Under the pieces are notes generated by a model. That model searched no databases. It was not told the origin of the DNA and saw only the letters and a list, made by a program, of their open reading frames with translations. Of a DNA stretch of 25,713 nucleotides, positions 7,181 to 15,871 are shown one piece after another (position 1 is the stretch's first letter; every line of letters starts with the position of its first letter). Both the position numbers and the translations under genes were made by a program. The stretch is from Candidatus Brocadiia bacterium (lineage in GTDB: Bacteria > Planctomycetota > Brocadiia > SM23-32): assembly GCA_046538485.1 (NCBI GenBank), contig JBKHIT010000066.1, positions 1 to 25,713 on the forward strand, given 5' to 3'.

Positions 7181-9163
7181 TCAGTCTGAGTTCAACACTT
7201 CCGGATCGTGCCATTCAGGATTATGATGGCGTTCATACAGTTTCCGGATAACGTCGTTGCGGGGATCATTATACCAGCCCCGAAACAGCAGGATGTCGCC
7301 CCGCTCCACGAGTTTGCCTTTTTGTCGGACGCTTTTCGGATCGTCGGGCTTGAAATGCTGCATAAGGTTGACAGCGAATGCGTCAGGCCAGACCTGCTGG
7401 ACCTTCACCGGCGTGCCGCTTATGGGAGCAGAGTGGGCCCAATACATGAAATACTCGTGTTCAGGGACAATCAGGCACTCCGGATGACGGCGTTCGAGCT
7501 GCGCAAAGATCTCGGCCGGCATAACTTCCCAGCGAGTCGGTTTCCATTTCCCCGTTTTCTCATCTTTGGCCCACTTCGACGAGACATTGCTGTCCACATA
7601 ATAGATCGTGCATCCCCAGCGTTTTTTGGCGTAGCTGAGCTTGCGATCCAAAACCTCGATGATATCCTCCACCGGTATCCTGTCACCATCCCAGAGCTGC
7701 TTCTGACGGGGCTTAACTTCGTCACTTTCCGGCACTTCTTCGGGAATGATAAGTTTCTGAGGACGTATACAGACGCCCGTTCGAAGCCCGGCGTCACTGA
7801 ATACATTAAAGAACTCGTCGGCCACAGAATCCATTTCTGGAGCAAGACGCCCAATTTTATCAGGTGAACCGATATAGCTGATGGCATGTGGATACTGCTG
7901 TCCTTCAATGGACCACACGATCACGCCCTGAGCGTTCATGCCCCTGCATACCTTCACGCAATTGCGCGCCCAGCTGAGCGCTTGCTCTTTGAATCGATCC
8001 CGGCCTTTTTCCGTGGAAAGGTCAACTTTCCCTCCGCCCAGTTTCCATCCACGAGGATTCTTCGGATTGCCCGCTTTGAACAGTCCTTTTGCGGATGATG
8101 ACGGGTGCAGGGCGGCAATAGGACGCCGGTCGGACCACTCGAAGAGCCGGGGGTTCTCCTCCCGGAAGGCCTCATACACATCTTCAACCAGCGCGTGGGG
8201 ATCACCCCGAGCTGCTCTGCCCAAACCGAAACGAAGCGAACCCCGGACAGCTCGCGTCTTTCCGGCTGCCACATTTCCAATTTCAACCGCCAGACGTCGC
8301 TTATCTCGAAATCCAAATCTGGTATCATCGATCTCGCCGGTGAGACAGGCGGCCACCGCGCCCTGACCATAATCCCCAAAAACCACCGGCGGCGCTTTCT
8401 GCGGGTTCGGCGTCATAACACGGTTATGTTTCCACCAGTATCCCCGGGGTCGGGAAGGAAAAGTGAAGTTCTGGCTCAGGTATATTTTCAGGTTCTGGAT
8501 GGGCGAATCCATCGCATTACGCACTTTGATGTTGAGATCCAACCGGTCGTCTTTCGGAACGTAAGCGACGGTGTAACCGCCCCATTCGTGTTGCGCCCTG
8601 AAAGTGCGGGTGTCGGCATCGTATGACGTCTCGGCCTTTCGCGCCCACTCATAAGCTTTCCGGGGTTTCTCGTCCTTCTTCCACGTCCCTCGGAAAAGCC
8701 CGACCCTCGGATACTTTTCAGCCGGTTCCAACAGCTGGTCCGGCCCTAATTTTATGCTTAAACCGCCAGAAGCGCTCACAGACAGGTCCAGATCAACGGT
8801 TTGGTAGTAAACATGAAAGGTGACCTGAACCTTCTGGCCGGGTACAGGAGCCGGTTTCGTGTCGACGGATGCCACCACGAACCGCTCCATCTTCTCGACA
8901 CGTTCCCGGTCTTCCTGGAGGGCCTGCTGTTTGAGTGATTCGCCAACTTCCAACTGAATACTTTTTCGAATCCTCGCCCGGTCAGTTTTGCTCACCCCCT
9001 TGATGGTAACTGTAGCGATTTCCGGGCCGGCATTCACTTCTTCACCCAGCGAGATCAAATCTTGCTCCTCGTCAGCAAGCGACACAGGGCAGATCACCGT
9101 CTTTGCCAATGAAATCAACATCAGCAGGAATAAGACCTGTTGTGCGCTTTCCGTTTTCCACAT
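7181..9163 (-). CDS. Secreted protein: single N-terminal POTRA domain plus probable glycoside-hydrolase-like catalytic region
   Basis: Signal-like N-terminus ending VSLA-DEE; POTRA pattern IATVTIKG..RIRKSIQLEVGESL..LQEDRERV..F..V..VQVTFHV (8804-9025); C-half has barrel-like motifs GVIVWSIEG, GLRTGVCIRP, IYYVDSN, LIVPEHE. ATG 9163 preferred (GAAAGG upstream); the ORF track starts at 9187. Confidence 0.65.
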   Translation of the reverse strand: MWKTESAQQVLFLLMLISLAKTVICPVSLADEEQDLISLGEEVNAGPEIATVTIKGVSKTDRARIRKSIQLEVGESLKQQALQEDRERVEKMERFVVASVDTKPAPVPGQKVQVTFHVYYQTVDLDLSVSASGGLSIKLGPDQLLEPAEKYPRVGLFRGTWKKDEKPRKAYEWARKAETSYDADTRTFRAQHEWGGYTVAYVPKDDRLDLNIKVRNAMDSPIQNLKIYLSQNFTFPSRPRGYWWKHNRVMTPNPQKAPPVVFGDYGQGAVAACLTGEIDDTRFGFRDKRRLAVEIGNVAAGKTRAVRGSLRFGLGRAARGDPHALVEDVYEAFREENPRLFEWSDRRPIAALHPSSSAKGLFKAGNPKNPRGWKLGGGKVDLSTEKGRDRFKEQALSWARNCVKVCRGMNAQGVIVWSIEGQQYPHAISYIGSPDKIGRLAPEMDSVADEFFNVFSDAGLRTGVCIRPQKLIIPEEVPESDEVKPRQKQLWDGDRIPVEDIIEVLDRKLSYAKKRWGCTIYYVDSNVSSKWAKDEKTGKWKPTRWEVMPAEIFAQLERRHPECLIVPEHEYFMYWAHSAPISGTPVKVQQVWPDAFAVNLMQHFKPDDPKSVRQKGKLVERGDILLFRGWYNDPRNDVIRKLYERHHNPEWHDPEVLNSD

Positions 9164-9246
9164 AAAAATAGACCTTTCAACAGTCAACGTTTAAAGTGAT
9201 TCATGCTCTTTTTTGGAACTTGATAGGCTTTCTCTGTGAGGAACAA

Positions 9247-10038
9247 CTATTCTTTGAGCCATCCACCCCGGCTCGAGCCCGGTGTTCGCCCCGTCCAGAG
9301 ATATTCCCGGGGATTCGAATTGTAGAGCCCCCCATAACCGGCCGGAACCGGGTAACCGAAAAGCGAATGAGGTACGACCTCTTTCCAGCGGTAGTTCCGC
9401 ACACTTGTATCGAACCGAACACAGTTTGTCGTGGATTTCTGCCCGTGCAGGGGATATGGCAAATACGCCCTGTGGTAAGCCTGATACAGGCAACCGACGT
9501 AATCCGTGCTTCCCCCGTTCATCCAGTTATCAACCGGTCCGATGGGCAATTTGCAGAAAAACATGTAGGTTGTCGCCGGATGAGGCAGAGCCGAAAGCCG
9601 CCACGGCTTATCCCATCCGTTTGTCACGGTCGGCCAGTTGCATCCCGGGATACTTGGATTCCCATATCCGCCATAGCCATAATGCCACCAATCCTTGTTG
9701 TTCGTCTTGCTCTTTGAAGCAGGATCAAGCCATTTTATGCTGACGTAGGGCGAAAGCCATCCGTAGATTATTTCGCTCCAGGAAATACCCCCGTAGCCAA
9801 TGTTCGGAATCGTATACCCATCGTGATCGTTGACGTACAACTGGTAGCCCAACCCAAATTGTCTTATCTGCCCCACGCACGCCGTTGTTCGCGCCGCATC
9901 ACGAGCTCGTTCAAGCGCTGGCATCAGCATCGCCGCCAGAATAGCTATAATGGCAATGACAACGAGAAGTTCTATAAGCGTAAAGCCCCTAATAATGAAC
10001 TCCGCACGTCTTTTCAGTGCCGATCGCAAACTTCTCAT
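9247..10038 (-). CDS. Prepilin-type N-terminal cleavage/methylation domain protein (DUF1559-like)
   Basis: [54 protein letters not shown]; degenerate C-terminal H..N....D motif ([16 protein letters not shown]). Confidence 0.9.
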   Translation of the reverse strand: MRSLRSALKRRAEFIIRGFTLIELLVVIAIIAILAAMLMPALERARDAARTTACVGQIRQFGLGYQLYVNDHDGYTIPNIGYGGISWSEIIYGWLSPYVSIKWLDPASKSKTNNKDWWHYGYGGYGNPSIPGCNWPTVTNGWDKPWRLSALPHPATTYMFFCKLPIGPVDNWMNGGSTDYVGCLYQAYHRAYLPYPLHGQKSTTNCVRFDTSVRNYRWKEVVPHSLFGYPVPAGYGGLYNSNPREYLWTGRTPGSSRGGWLKE

Positions 10039-10085
10039 ATCTCGCGTTCATGCTTTCCAAAAACACGGAAGAATTTACGCCATCC

Positions 10086-10105
10086 TTATTGTACACGATC
10101 AATAA
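10086..10105. promoter_or_regulatory. Putative operator palindrome upstream of the DUF1559 gene
   Basis: TTATTG-tacacgat-CAATAA dyad overlapping a minus-strand TACAAT (-10-like) hexamer. Confidence 0.35.
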
Positions 10106-10214
10106 AAAAATCAAAAATGAACCTCCGCTCCTCTGCGCAATAACAGCGCTCGCGCCTGTCCGTTTGGCAGCTATAATGCGAAACGATATGCTTTCAGTCT
10201 CAAAATTCAAGGCG

Positions 10215-10319
10215 TTACGTTCCGCCACCAAACAAATCAATCGCGATAATCGCAATGACGACGAGAAGCTCAATCAATGTAAACCCCGTTTCCCGCACGT
10301 CAGAGGCCGACTGTTGCAT
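10215..10319 (-). pseudogene. Truncated prepilin-type gene (34 aa: [34 protein letters not shown])
   Basis: Translated by hand; too short for the ORF track. AAAGGA upstream of ATG 10319, TAA at 10215-10217; 16 aa identical to the neighbouring DUF1559 gene, then unrelated sequence. Confidence 0.8.
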
Positions 10320-10404
10320 TCGTATTAATCCTTTACGTTGAAAGCAACAGAGAAAAGTATCTTATAAAAATCGTCGAAGGCCCCCAAAGCATCAACGCAC
10401 TTTA

Positions 10405-10433
10405 ATTCTACCGCTCGAATGCGAATAGGACAA
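10405..10433 (-). promoter_or_regulatory. Putative sigma70 promoter for the prepilin cluster
   Basis: Minus strand TTGTCC-17 nt-TAGAAT, about 85 nt upstream of ATG 10319. Confidence 0.5.
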
Positions 10434-10500
10434 GAACCCCAAGGCTTCTTCTGACAGCTAACCTGGCTCTTTGACCTTATATTTTTGAACGGGGAAAACT

Positions 10501-11211
10501 CTATTTGCCATCCCGGATAAGATGTTGCCGGTGCTGGTGGTAACCGTTGCGGATCGCCACATAGGGATCCAAAGCGTCTTCTTTTATACCCTCGTAATCC
10601 CCGATATGAAGAGAGATATAGTTCAGTTTATCGTAGAGAGGCAGGTAGTCTACGTAATTGGGGGGATATAGATAGCCATCGGCGATTTTTCCGATCGTGC
10701 CTCGAACTGAGGATGATCCCAGCACTGGCCACACCAAATAGAGCAACGGAGGCATTCCATAAAACCCCAGGGTCTGGCCAAAATCTTCTTTCTGCATTTT
10801 CAATCCCCATCCTGTGGCAACCTCTCCAAAGCCCAGCACCCCGACCGTTGTGTTGACTCCAAAACGTCCCAGCTCTATGCCTGTGCCCGAGATATCCCCC
10901 TGAAGAAGGCAATTAACTGCCCTGATAGGCATTCCAAGGTTCGAGAAAAAATTTTCGACACCCCGGCGGGCGATTTTTGGCACGATGGCAGAATAACCCT
11001 GAGCCACAGGTTTCAGGACCCAGAAGTACAACTTGTCATTGAAGACAAAAAACACGCGATTCACCGGTTCCAGGGGATCAGGGATCGGTTTAGGCCCCCG
11101 CTGCTGCATTTGTGCTTTCGCCCCTTCAGGTGAACTATTACCGGCGTTTCTTGTATTGGCACAACCCGCAGCAAACAGCAATAAAACGATCAGCAAAAGT
11201 GCTTTTTTCAT
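10501..11211 (-). CDS. mlaA: VacJ/MlaA family outer-membrane lipoprotein
   Basis: Lipobox AAGC; DPLEPVNR..F.FND, NFFSNL, RFGVNTTVG, EDFGQTLG, DPYVAIRNGY; GGAGG SD. Confidence 0.93.
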   Translation of the reverse strand: MKKALLLIVLLLFAAGCANTRNAGNSSPEGAKAQMQQRGPKPIPDPLEPVNRVFFVFNDKLYFWVLKPVAQGYSAIVPKIARRGVENFFSNLGMPIRAVNCLLQGDISGTGIELGRFGVNTTVGVLGFGEVATGWGLKMQKEDFGQTLGFYGMPPLLYLVWPVLGSSSVRGTIGKIADGYLYPPNYVDYLPLYDKLNYISLHIGDYEGIKEDALDPYVAIRNGYHQHRQHLIRDGK

Positions 11212-11253
11212 AACGGCCTCCGTAATTTGTGGCTTTTCTGACCAATCTCTGCG

Positions 11254-11922
11254 CTATTTTTTGACTTTCTTTTTTAATAGTTTAATCAATTTCTTATACG
11301 AACCTCCAACAATTATGTCGTTAAACTGTGAACGGTAATTATTGATCAAGCTTACTCCTTCCACTTTTACATCGTATATGAGCCATTCGGCAGCCTCTTC
11401 CTCATCTTTGTCCTTGGTCGCTTGATGAAGCCGGTATACAATAGGCACTTCCGTTCCATCTTTGGCCTTTCCCACCGCATTCACCGAAGCATAACCATCT
11501 TCCACTTCCTGTCCTTCGTAAACAATTTCCGCATCGGCGTGTTCTTCGATTCGTCTCAGGTATGTCTTCTCGACGAGACTCTGGAACAGGCTGACAAATT
11601 CTTTTCGTTCTTCCTCCGTGCGCGGACGCCAGTGCCGGGCCAGTGCACGCTGTGCTATGGCACGCCAGTCGAAGACGTCTTCGACGGCCTCTCGCACTTT
11701 CTGACGTCGCTCTTCTGTTTTCTTTTCCTTTTTCAACTCGGGATCACGCAGCACGTTAAGCACTTCTTCTGTGGTATCCTTGACGATCTCCTCCGGGGAT
11801 TTCATCTCCTTTTTTTTCTCTTTCTCTTTATTTTCTTCTCCCGCTCTCAGAGCCAGCAAAAAAGCGGAAAATGCAACAATAACCAGGATCCCAACCACCA
11901 CATGCTTCGTGTATCTCCTCAT
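11254..11922 (-). CDS. mlaC: MlaC/Ttg2D phospholipid-binding periplasmic protein
   Basis: FDWRAIAQRALARHW, EFVSLF, WLIYDVKVEGVSLINNYRSQF. Start moved to ATG 11922 (GAAAGGAG SD), which removes the overlap with mlaD. Confidence 0.92.
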   Translation of the reverse strand: MRRYTKHVVVGILVIVAFSAFLLALRAGEENKEKEKKKEMKSPEEIVKDTTEEVLNVLRDPELKKEKKTEERRQKVREAVEDVFDWRAIAQRALARHWRPRTEEERKEFVSLFQSLVEKTYLRRIEEHADAEIVYEGQEVEDGYASVNAVGKAKDGTEVPIVYRLHQATKDKDEEEAAEWLIYDVKVEGVSLINNYRSQFNDIIVGGSYKKLIKLLKKKVKK

Positions 11923-11953
11923 TGTCGTACTCCTTTCGTGGCTTGTCGCGGTA

Positions 11954-12400
11954 TTATTCTTCAACTTCCCCAAAAGCATATTTTGATATGAGAGATTCCA
12001 GATCGACCGCCGACTGTGTCTCACGAATCTGGCCCCCGGGCGGAATATTTTTCAAGGCCCCCCCCGGACTCAAAGCAATATACTTCTCGCCAATCAATCC
12101 GCGAGTTTTCACCGCCGCTATCGTATCTTCTGGAAGATCAATATCACCGCGGACCCAAAGACTTACTCTCGCCGTATAATCTTTGAGCGATACTTTCGTA
12201 ACTCGCCCGATATTGACCCCTGCAATGAACACAGGTGCTCCGCTGCGAAGGCCACCAATTTCACTGAACTTTGCCTTGACCTCGTAACCTTCCTTTTTGA
12301 AAACATCCACCCCGCCGAAACGGATCGACAGGTAAGCCAGGCACAGGACTCCTGCCAGAACAAAAAAGCCAGCTGTCAATTCGACATAGAATTTTTTCAC
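11954..12400 (-). CDS. mlaD: MCE-domain protein MlaD
   Basis: Single TM, then AKFSEIGGLRSGAPVFIAGVNIGRV, TRGLIGEKYIALSPGG, TQSAVDLESLISK; GTGA overlap with mlaF. Confidence 0.94.
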   Translation of the reverse strand: MKKFYVELTAGFFVLAGVLCLAYLSIRFGGVDVFKKEGYEVKAKFSEIGGLRSGAPVFIAGVNIGRVTKVSLKDYTARVSLWVRGDIDLPEDTIAAVKTRGLIGEKYIALSPGGALKNIPPGGQIRETQSAVDLESLISKYAFGEVEE

Positions 12401-13191
12401 TGTGTTTCCTCACTCGATCCCGGGAGATTTCTGAACATCTTCGCCGGTCTCCAGTAACGTTCAGGGGGCATACTGCCTTCAATGAATTTCCGGACCGGCT
12501 GATCGTCGCACTCCAGGACTTCCTCTGGCGTTCCTACAAACCTCATAACACCCTCATGCAACATAGCAACTTTGTCGACAATCGCAAAAATGTTCGGTAT
12601 TCGATGCGAAACGATAATCGCAGTCAGCCCCAGACGCTCCTGCAGAGAAGCGATGAGATCATGTATAGAATGCACAATAATCGGATCAAGCCCGGTTGTC
12701 GGTTCATCAAACAACATTACTTTCGGAGATTGTACCAGCGAGCGGGCCAATGCGGCTCGCTTTGCCATTCCACCACTGATTTGAGCCGGGTATTTTTCCT
12801 CTGAACCGAGCAAGCCCACATTTTCCAACTCTTCGAGAACTCGCCCCCTTATTTCATTTTCGCTCATTCGGGTGCATTCCCGCAAAGGAAAAGCGATATT
12901 GTCGTACACCGTCATCGACTCAAACAGTGCCCCGCCCTGAAACAAAAATCCGAGTCGCCCACGTAGTTTCTCAAGTTTCTTCCCATGCAAACGGGAAATG
13001 TCTTTCCCTTCAAAAAACACGTGCCCTTCGTCCGGCTGGAGCAGGCGAGCCAGGTGTTTCAAAAAAACCGTTTTACCGTCGCCGCTTCCACCAATAAGCG
13101 CGATCACTTGGCCTTCTTCGACCCGCAGAGAAGCCCCCCGGAGAACCTTCAGCGTTCCAAAAGACTTGTGCAGGTTTTTGGCTTCAATCAT
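12397..13191 (-). CDS. mlaF: ABC ATP-binding protein MlaF
   Basis: Walker A GGSGDGKT, LFQGGALFESMTVYDNIAFPLRE, ISGGMAKRAALAR, FDEPTTGLDP; operon context. Confidence 0.93.
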   Translation of the reverse strand: MIEAKNLHKSFGTLKVLRGASLRVEEGQVIALIGGSGDGKTVFLKHLARLLQPDEGHVFFEGKDISRLHGKKLEKLRGRLGFLFQGGALFESMTVYDNIAFPLRECTRMSENEIRGRVLEELENVGLLGSEEKYPAQISGGMAKRAALARSLVQSPKVMLFDEPTTGLDPIIVHSIHDLIASLQERLGLTAIIVSHRIPNIFAIVDKVAMLHEGVMRFVGTPEEVLECDDQPVRKFIEGSMPPERYWRPAKMFRNLPGSSEETQ

Positions 13192-13200
13192 CCTTTGCTC

Positions 13201-13995
13201 TCAGAAAAAAAACGATGTTAAGAAGTAATCCGAGACAAGAATCAAAACCGAGGAAAGCACTACCGCCTGAGTTGTCGAACGGCTTACGCCTTCCGAACCG
13301 AATCCAGCGTTGTAGCCTTTGTAACAGGAAACCCAGGCGATCAAACCTCCAAACGCAAGAGCTTTGTAACAGGAACCCCAAATATCGCTCATGCGCACAT
13401 AGTCCTCCATTTCTCCGAAATACACCCCCTTGCCAACTCCCAGCAAACCCACACCGACCAGATATCCTCCGCCAATCCCAACAGCATTGAAAATAGCTGT
13501 CAATAAAGGCATACAAAGCACCGCCGCGACCAGAACCGGCAACATAAGGTAACGGTGCGGGTTCAACCCCATCAGTTCCAGGGCATCTATCTCCTCATTG
13601 ATCCGCATAATCCCAATTTCCGCGGTGATGGCCGATCCCGCCCGGGCCACCACCATCAGGGCAGCGATAACAGGACCGAGTTCACGCAACAAGGATAAAG
13701 CGACCATCGGACCCAAAAAACCCGATGATCCGACCCTATGAAGCGTGTGAAAACTCTGGTATGACAGAACCATTCCCGTAAAAAGACCGGTCAAAACGAT
13801 CACCAGAAGGGACTGAAACCCAATGAATTCCATTCGTTTGATAAAACGTCCAATTTTCAAAGGGGGTAAAAGTAAAACGGTGAGAGTCTTTGCAAGGAAA
13901 ATTCCCATGCGACCGGTCTCGCGAGGAACCCACAGGGCCGCTCTACCGAGCCTGGCGACACGAGAAAGGATCGGATTTTGTTCGAAACCGCCCAT
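13201..13995 (-). CDS. mlaE: ABC permease MlaE
   Basis: RELGPVIAALMVVARAGSAITAEIGIMRINEEIDALELMGLNP, EGVSRSTTQAVV. Confidence 0.95.
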   Translation of the reverse strand: MGGFEQNPILSRVARLGRAALWVPRETGRMGIFLAKTLTVLLLPPLKIGRFIKRMEFIGFQSLLVIVLTGLFTGMVLSYQSFHTLHRVGSSGFLGPMVALSLLRELGPVIAALMVVARAGSAITAEIGIMRINEEIDALELMGLNPHRYLMLPVLVAAVLCMPLLTAIFNAVGIGGGYLVGVGLLGVGKGVYFGEMEDYVRMSDIWGSCYKALAFGGLIAWVSCYKGYNAGFGSEGVSRSTTQAVVLSSVLILVSDYFLTSFFF

Positions 13996-14216
13996 TGCAA
14001 AACCTCTTTGCTAAAAACCAGAAATCCAGACCGGTCGCAGATTTGCTCACCCGCCGAGCAGCTCTCTCCGCAAACGATGTCGGCAAAAACACTCCATTTA
14101 TAATAACACAAAACGACACATAAGAAACAACTCTTAATACAAAACAGGCCACGTTCCGGGCAAGTGAAGAAACTTTTCATTACCACAAAACCTCCGACAG
14201 CGCCCTTTTGAATAGC

Positions 14217-14245
14217 TTGACAGCCCCTAGAATCGGCCCTATAAT
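14217..14245 (+). promoter_or_regulatory. Perfect-consensus sigma70 promoter facing ycfL-lpoB
   Basis: TTGACA (14217-14222)-17 nt-TATAAT (14240-14245). Confidence 0.85.
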
Positions 14246-14563
14246 TTCCCGCTCAGGAAGGATGCAGAGCAAATCTGCTCTAAAGCTGTGTTTTTACATG
14301 CGAACGGGCAGATAACCTTGTTCATATGCCAGCTCACATACCACGGGAAGGCAAAGATGAGGGCACCTAATCCTAAAATCCGGGCTTTAATGGGCGCCTA
14401 CCTTCGCATCATAGATATCAATTATCGAATGCGGCAACATTTGTCATTTTACTCAAACATCAAATAGAGACAAAGTATTACGGCTCTGTTCAATGCGAAA
14501 AGCGAGAATAAATCGCAAAAAGCGTACTCTCCGAAAATCATCGACTCTAGAAGGAGATTAATT

Positions 14564-14992
14564 ATGACGATGGTAGATGCTGTCAAAATCGGGACATTCG
14601 CGGTTCTGGGAACACTTGCCCTTTTTGCATGCCAAATCCCTGAAAAGGAAGTGGAGACCAAAAAGGACTCCGCAGGTATTTCCAAAATGGCCAGGAAACA
14701 CATTGTTGTTGAGCCCGGCCTCGCAAAGGGCCTCACATTCGTGAGCTTTCGCAAGAATCATAGCAAGGGCCGAATACTATTCGCTCAGGTCGGGGTACGT
14801 AATGAAACCAGCTCCGGAATCGGGCTTGGTTATAAATTCCTGTGGTTCGACGAAAATGGAATGCAGATCAAAACGCTCCTTTCCTCATGGGGCCAGCATT
14901 ACATCCTGCCGGGCGAAACATTCCACGTTCGGGGAACGGCACCGGGACAAAGGGCAAAAGATTTCTCCATACAGCTACGGAGAGAAGAATAG
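14564..14992 (+). CDS. ycfL: YcfL (DUF1425) family lipoprotein
   Basis: AAGGAG SD; lipobox LFAC; VRN....LGYKFLWFDENGM and C-terminal AP...A..F.I.L pattern; directly upstream of an LpoB-like gene. Confidence 0.75.
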   Translation: MTMVDAVKIGTFAVLGTLALFACQIPEKEVETKKDSAGISKMARKHIVVEPGLAKGLTFVSFRKNHSKGRILFAQVGVRNETSSGIGLGYKFLWFDENGMQIKTLLSSWGQHYILPGETFHVRGTAPGQRAKDFSIQLRREE

Positions 14993-14995
14993 AGA

Positions 14996-15628
14996 ATGTT
15001 CCTGTTTCGCGGAAACGGTCCAAAAAAGAAGCGCGTCTTGTCCGCGATCATTTTGCCCGTAATCGCAAGCTTTTTCTACGTAAGCTGCGCGACCAAAACA
15101 AGGAACGTGCAACGTAAGAGACGGCCGAAGACAACAGATGGCCCGATTGAAACTCCCGAGATAGATATACAGGATTTTCGTAAAGCATCGTCTCGCCTGG
15201 TTGAAAACCTGTCCAAGAGCTTTGATTTCCACAAAGGAAAAGGCGAAACAAATACGGTGGCTGTAGGACAAGTGCGTAATAATACTGCCTTAAAAATCCA
15301 ACCACATTTACTGACGACCAAATTCGAAATGGAAATTGCAAAACGGCAGGATGCAGAAGTTTATGCCGGCCCCGATATAATTGCCCAACAATGGGTTAAG
15401 CGGGCAAGAGAGATGACTGAGTCGCCGCAAACCACTAAAAACGCACTTTCCGAAATCGGCAATACGCGCCCACCGAAATACGTCCTGATCGCTGATATTC
15501 TTGAACGCGATCAACAACACAAAGGCGTAAAACAAAACACCTACGTATTTCAGGCACGGATCTTCGATATCGAGAAGAACGCCTACCCGTGGGTTGACGA
15601 GGTGACGATTATTGAAAAAAAGAAGTAA
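14996..15628 (+). CDS. lpoB: Penicillin-binding protein activator LpoB-like lipoprotein
   Basis: Lipobox-like YVSC; QDFRKASSRLVENL, VAVGQVRNNT, YVFQARIFDIEKNAYPWVDE; pairing with ycfL. Confidence 0.65.
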   Translation: MFLFRGNGPKKKRVLSAIILPVIASFFYVSCATKTRNVQRKRRPKTTDGPIETPEIDIQDFRKASSRLVENLSKSFDFHKGKGETNTVAVGQVRNNTALKIQPHLLTTKFEMEIAKRQDAEVYAGPDIIAQQWVKRAREMTESPQTTKNALSEIGNTRPPKYVLIADILERDQQHKGVKQNTYVFQARIFDIEKNAYPWVDEVTIIEKKK

Positions 15629-15754
15629 AACCAGTCGAAATCAGGCAGCCCGAAGAGCAGTGCCCAAATTGCAAATCGTGTCCGCAGACAGTAATCAGCT
15701 GACAAAAAATATGCATACTCCGATCCATGTCGTGAGCGGATAGAAAGTCCGTTA

Positions 15755-15846
15755 TTCCCAATGTTGAAGGCGTACGGATTCTTCCTGACCTGTCCAAATC
15801 CCGTTTTGAACATATAATCCACTTCAAACGCCTATCGCATTGGGAA
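15755..15846. repeat. Imperfect 19-bp inverted repeat enclosing a putative promoter
   Basis: TTCCCAATGttgaAGGCGT (15755-15773) / ACGCCTatcgCATTGGGAA (15828-15846), 15/19 match. Confidence 0.5.
15790..15818 (+). promoter_or_regulatory. Putative sigma70 promoter of the kinase/nucleotidyltransferase gene
   Basis: CTGTCC-17 nt-TATAAT; the -10 is bracketed by TTTGAA/TTCAAA. Confidence 0.45.
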
Positions 15847-15871
15847 GAGAAATGTCGAGAAGGGAACTTGG

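Noticed and set aside
9989..10273. 94-aa minus-strand ORF as a frameshifted continuation of the prepilin stub
   Set aside because: Only a faint LVA...AL resemblance; none of the expected AR..AR...C..N motif.
14340..14412. c-di-GMP-I riboswitch (GGCAAA near a stem)
   Set aside because: No GGCAAAC..GAAA..GACGCAAA architecture.
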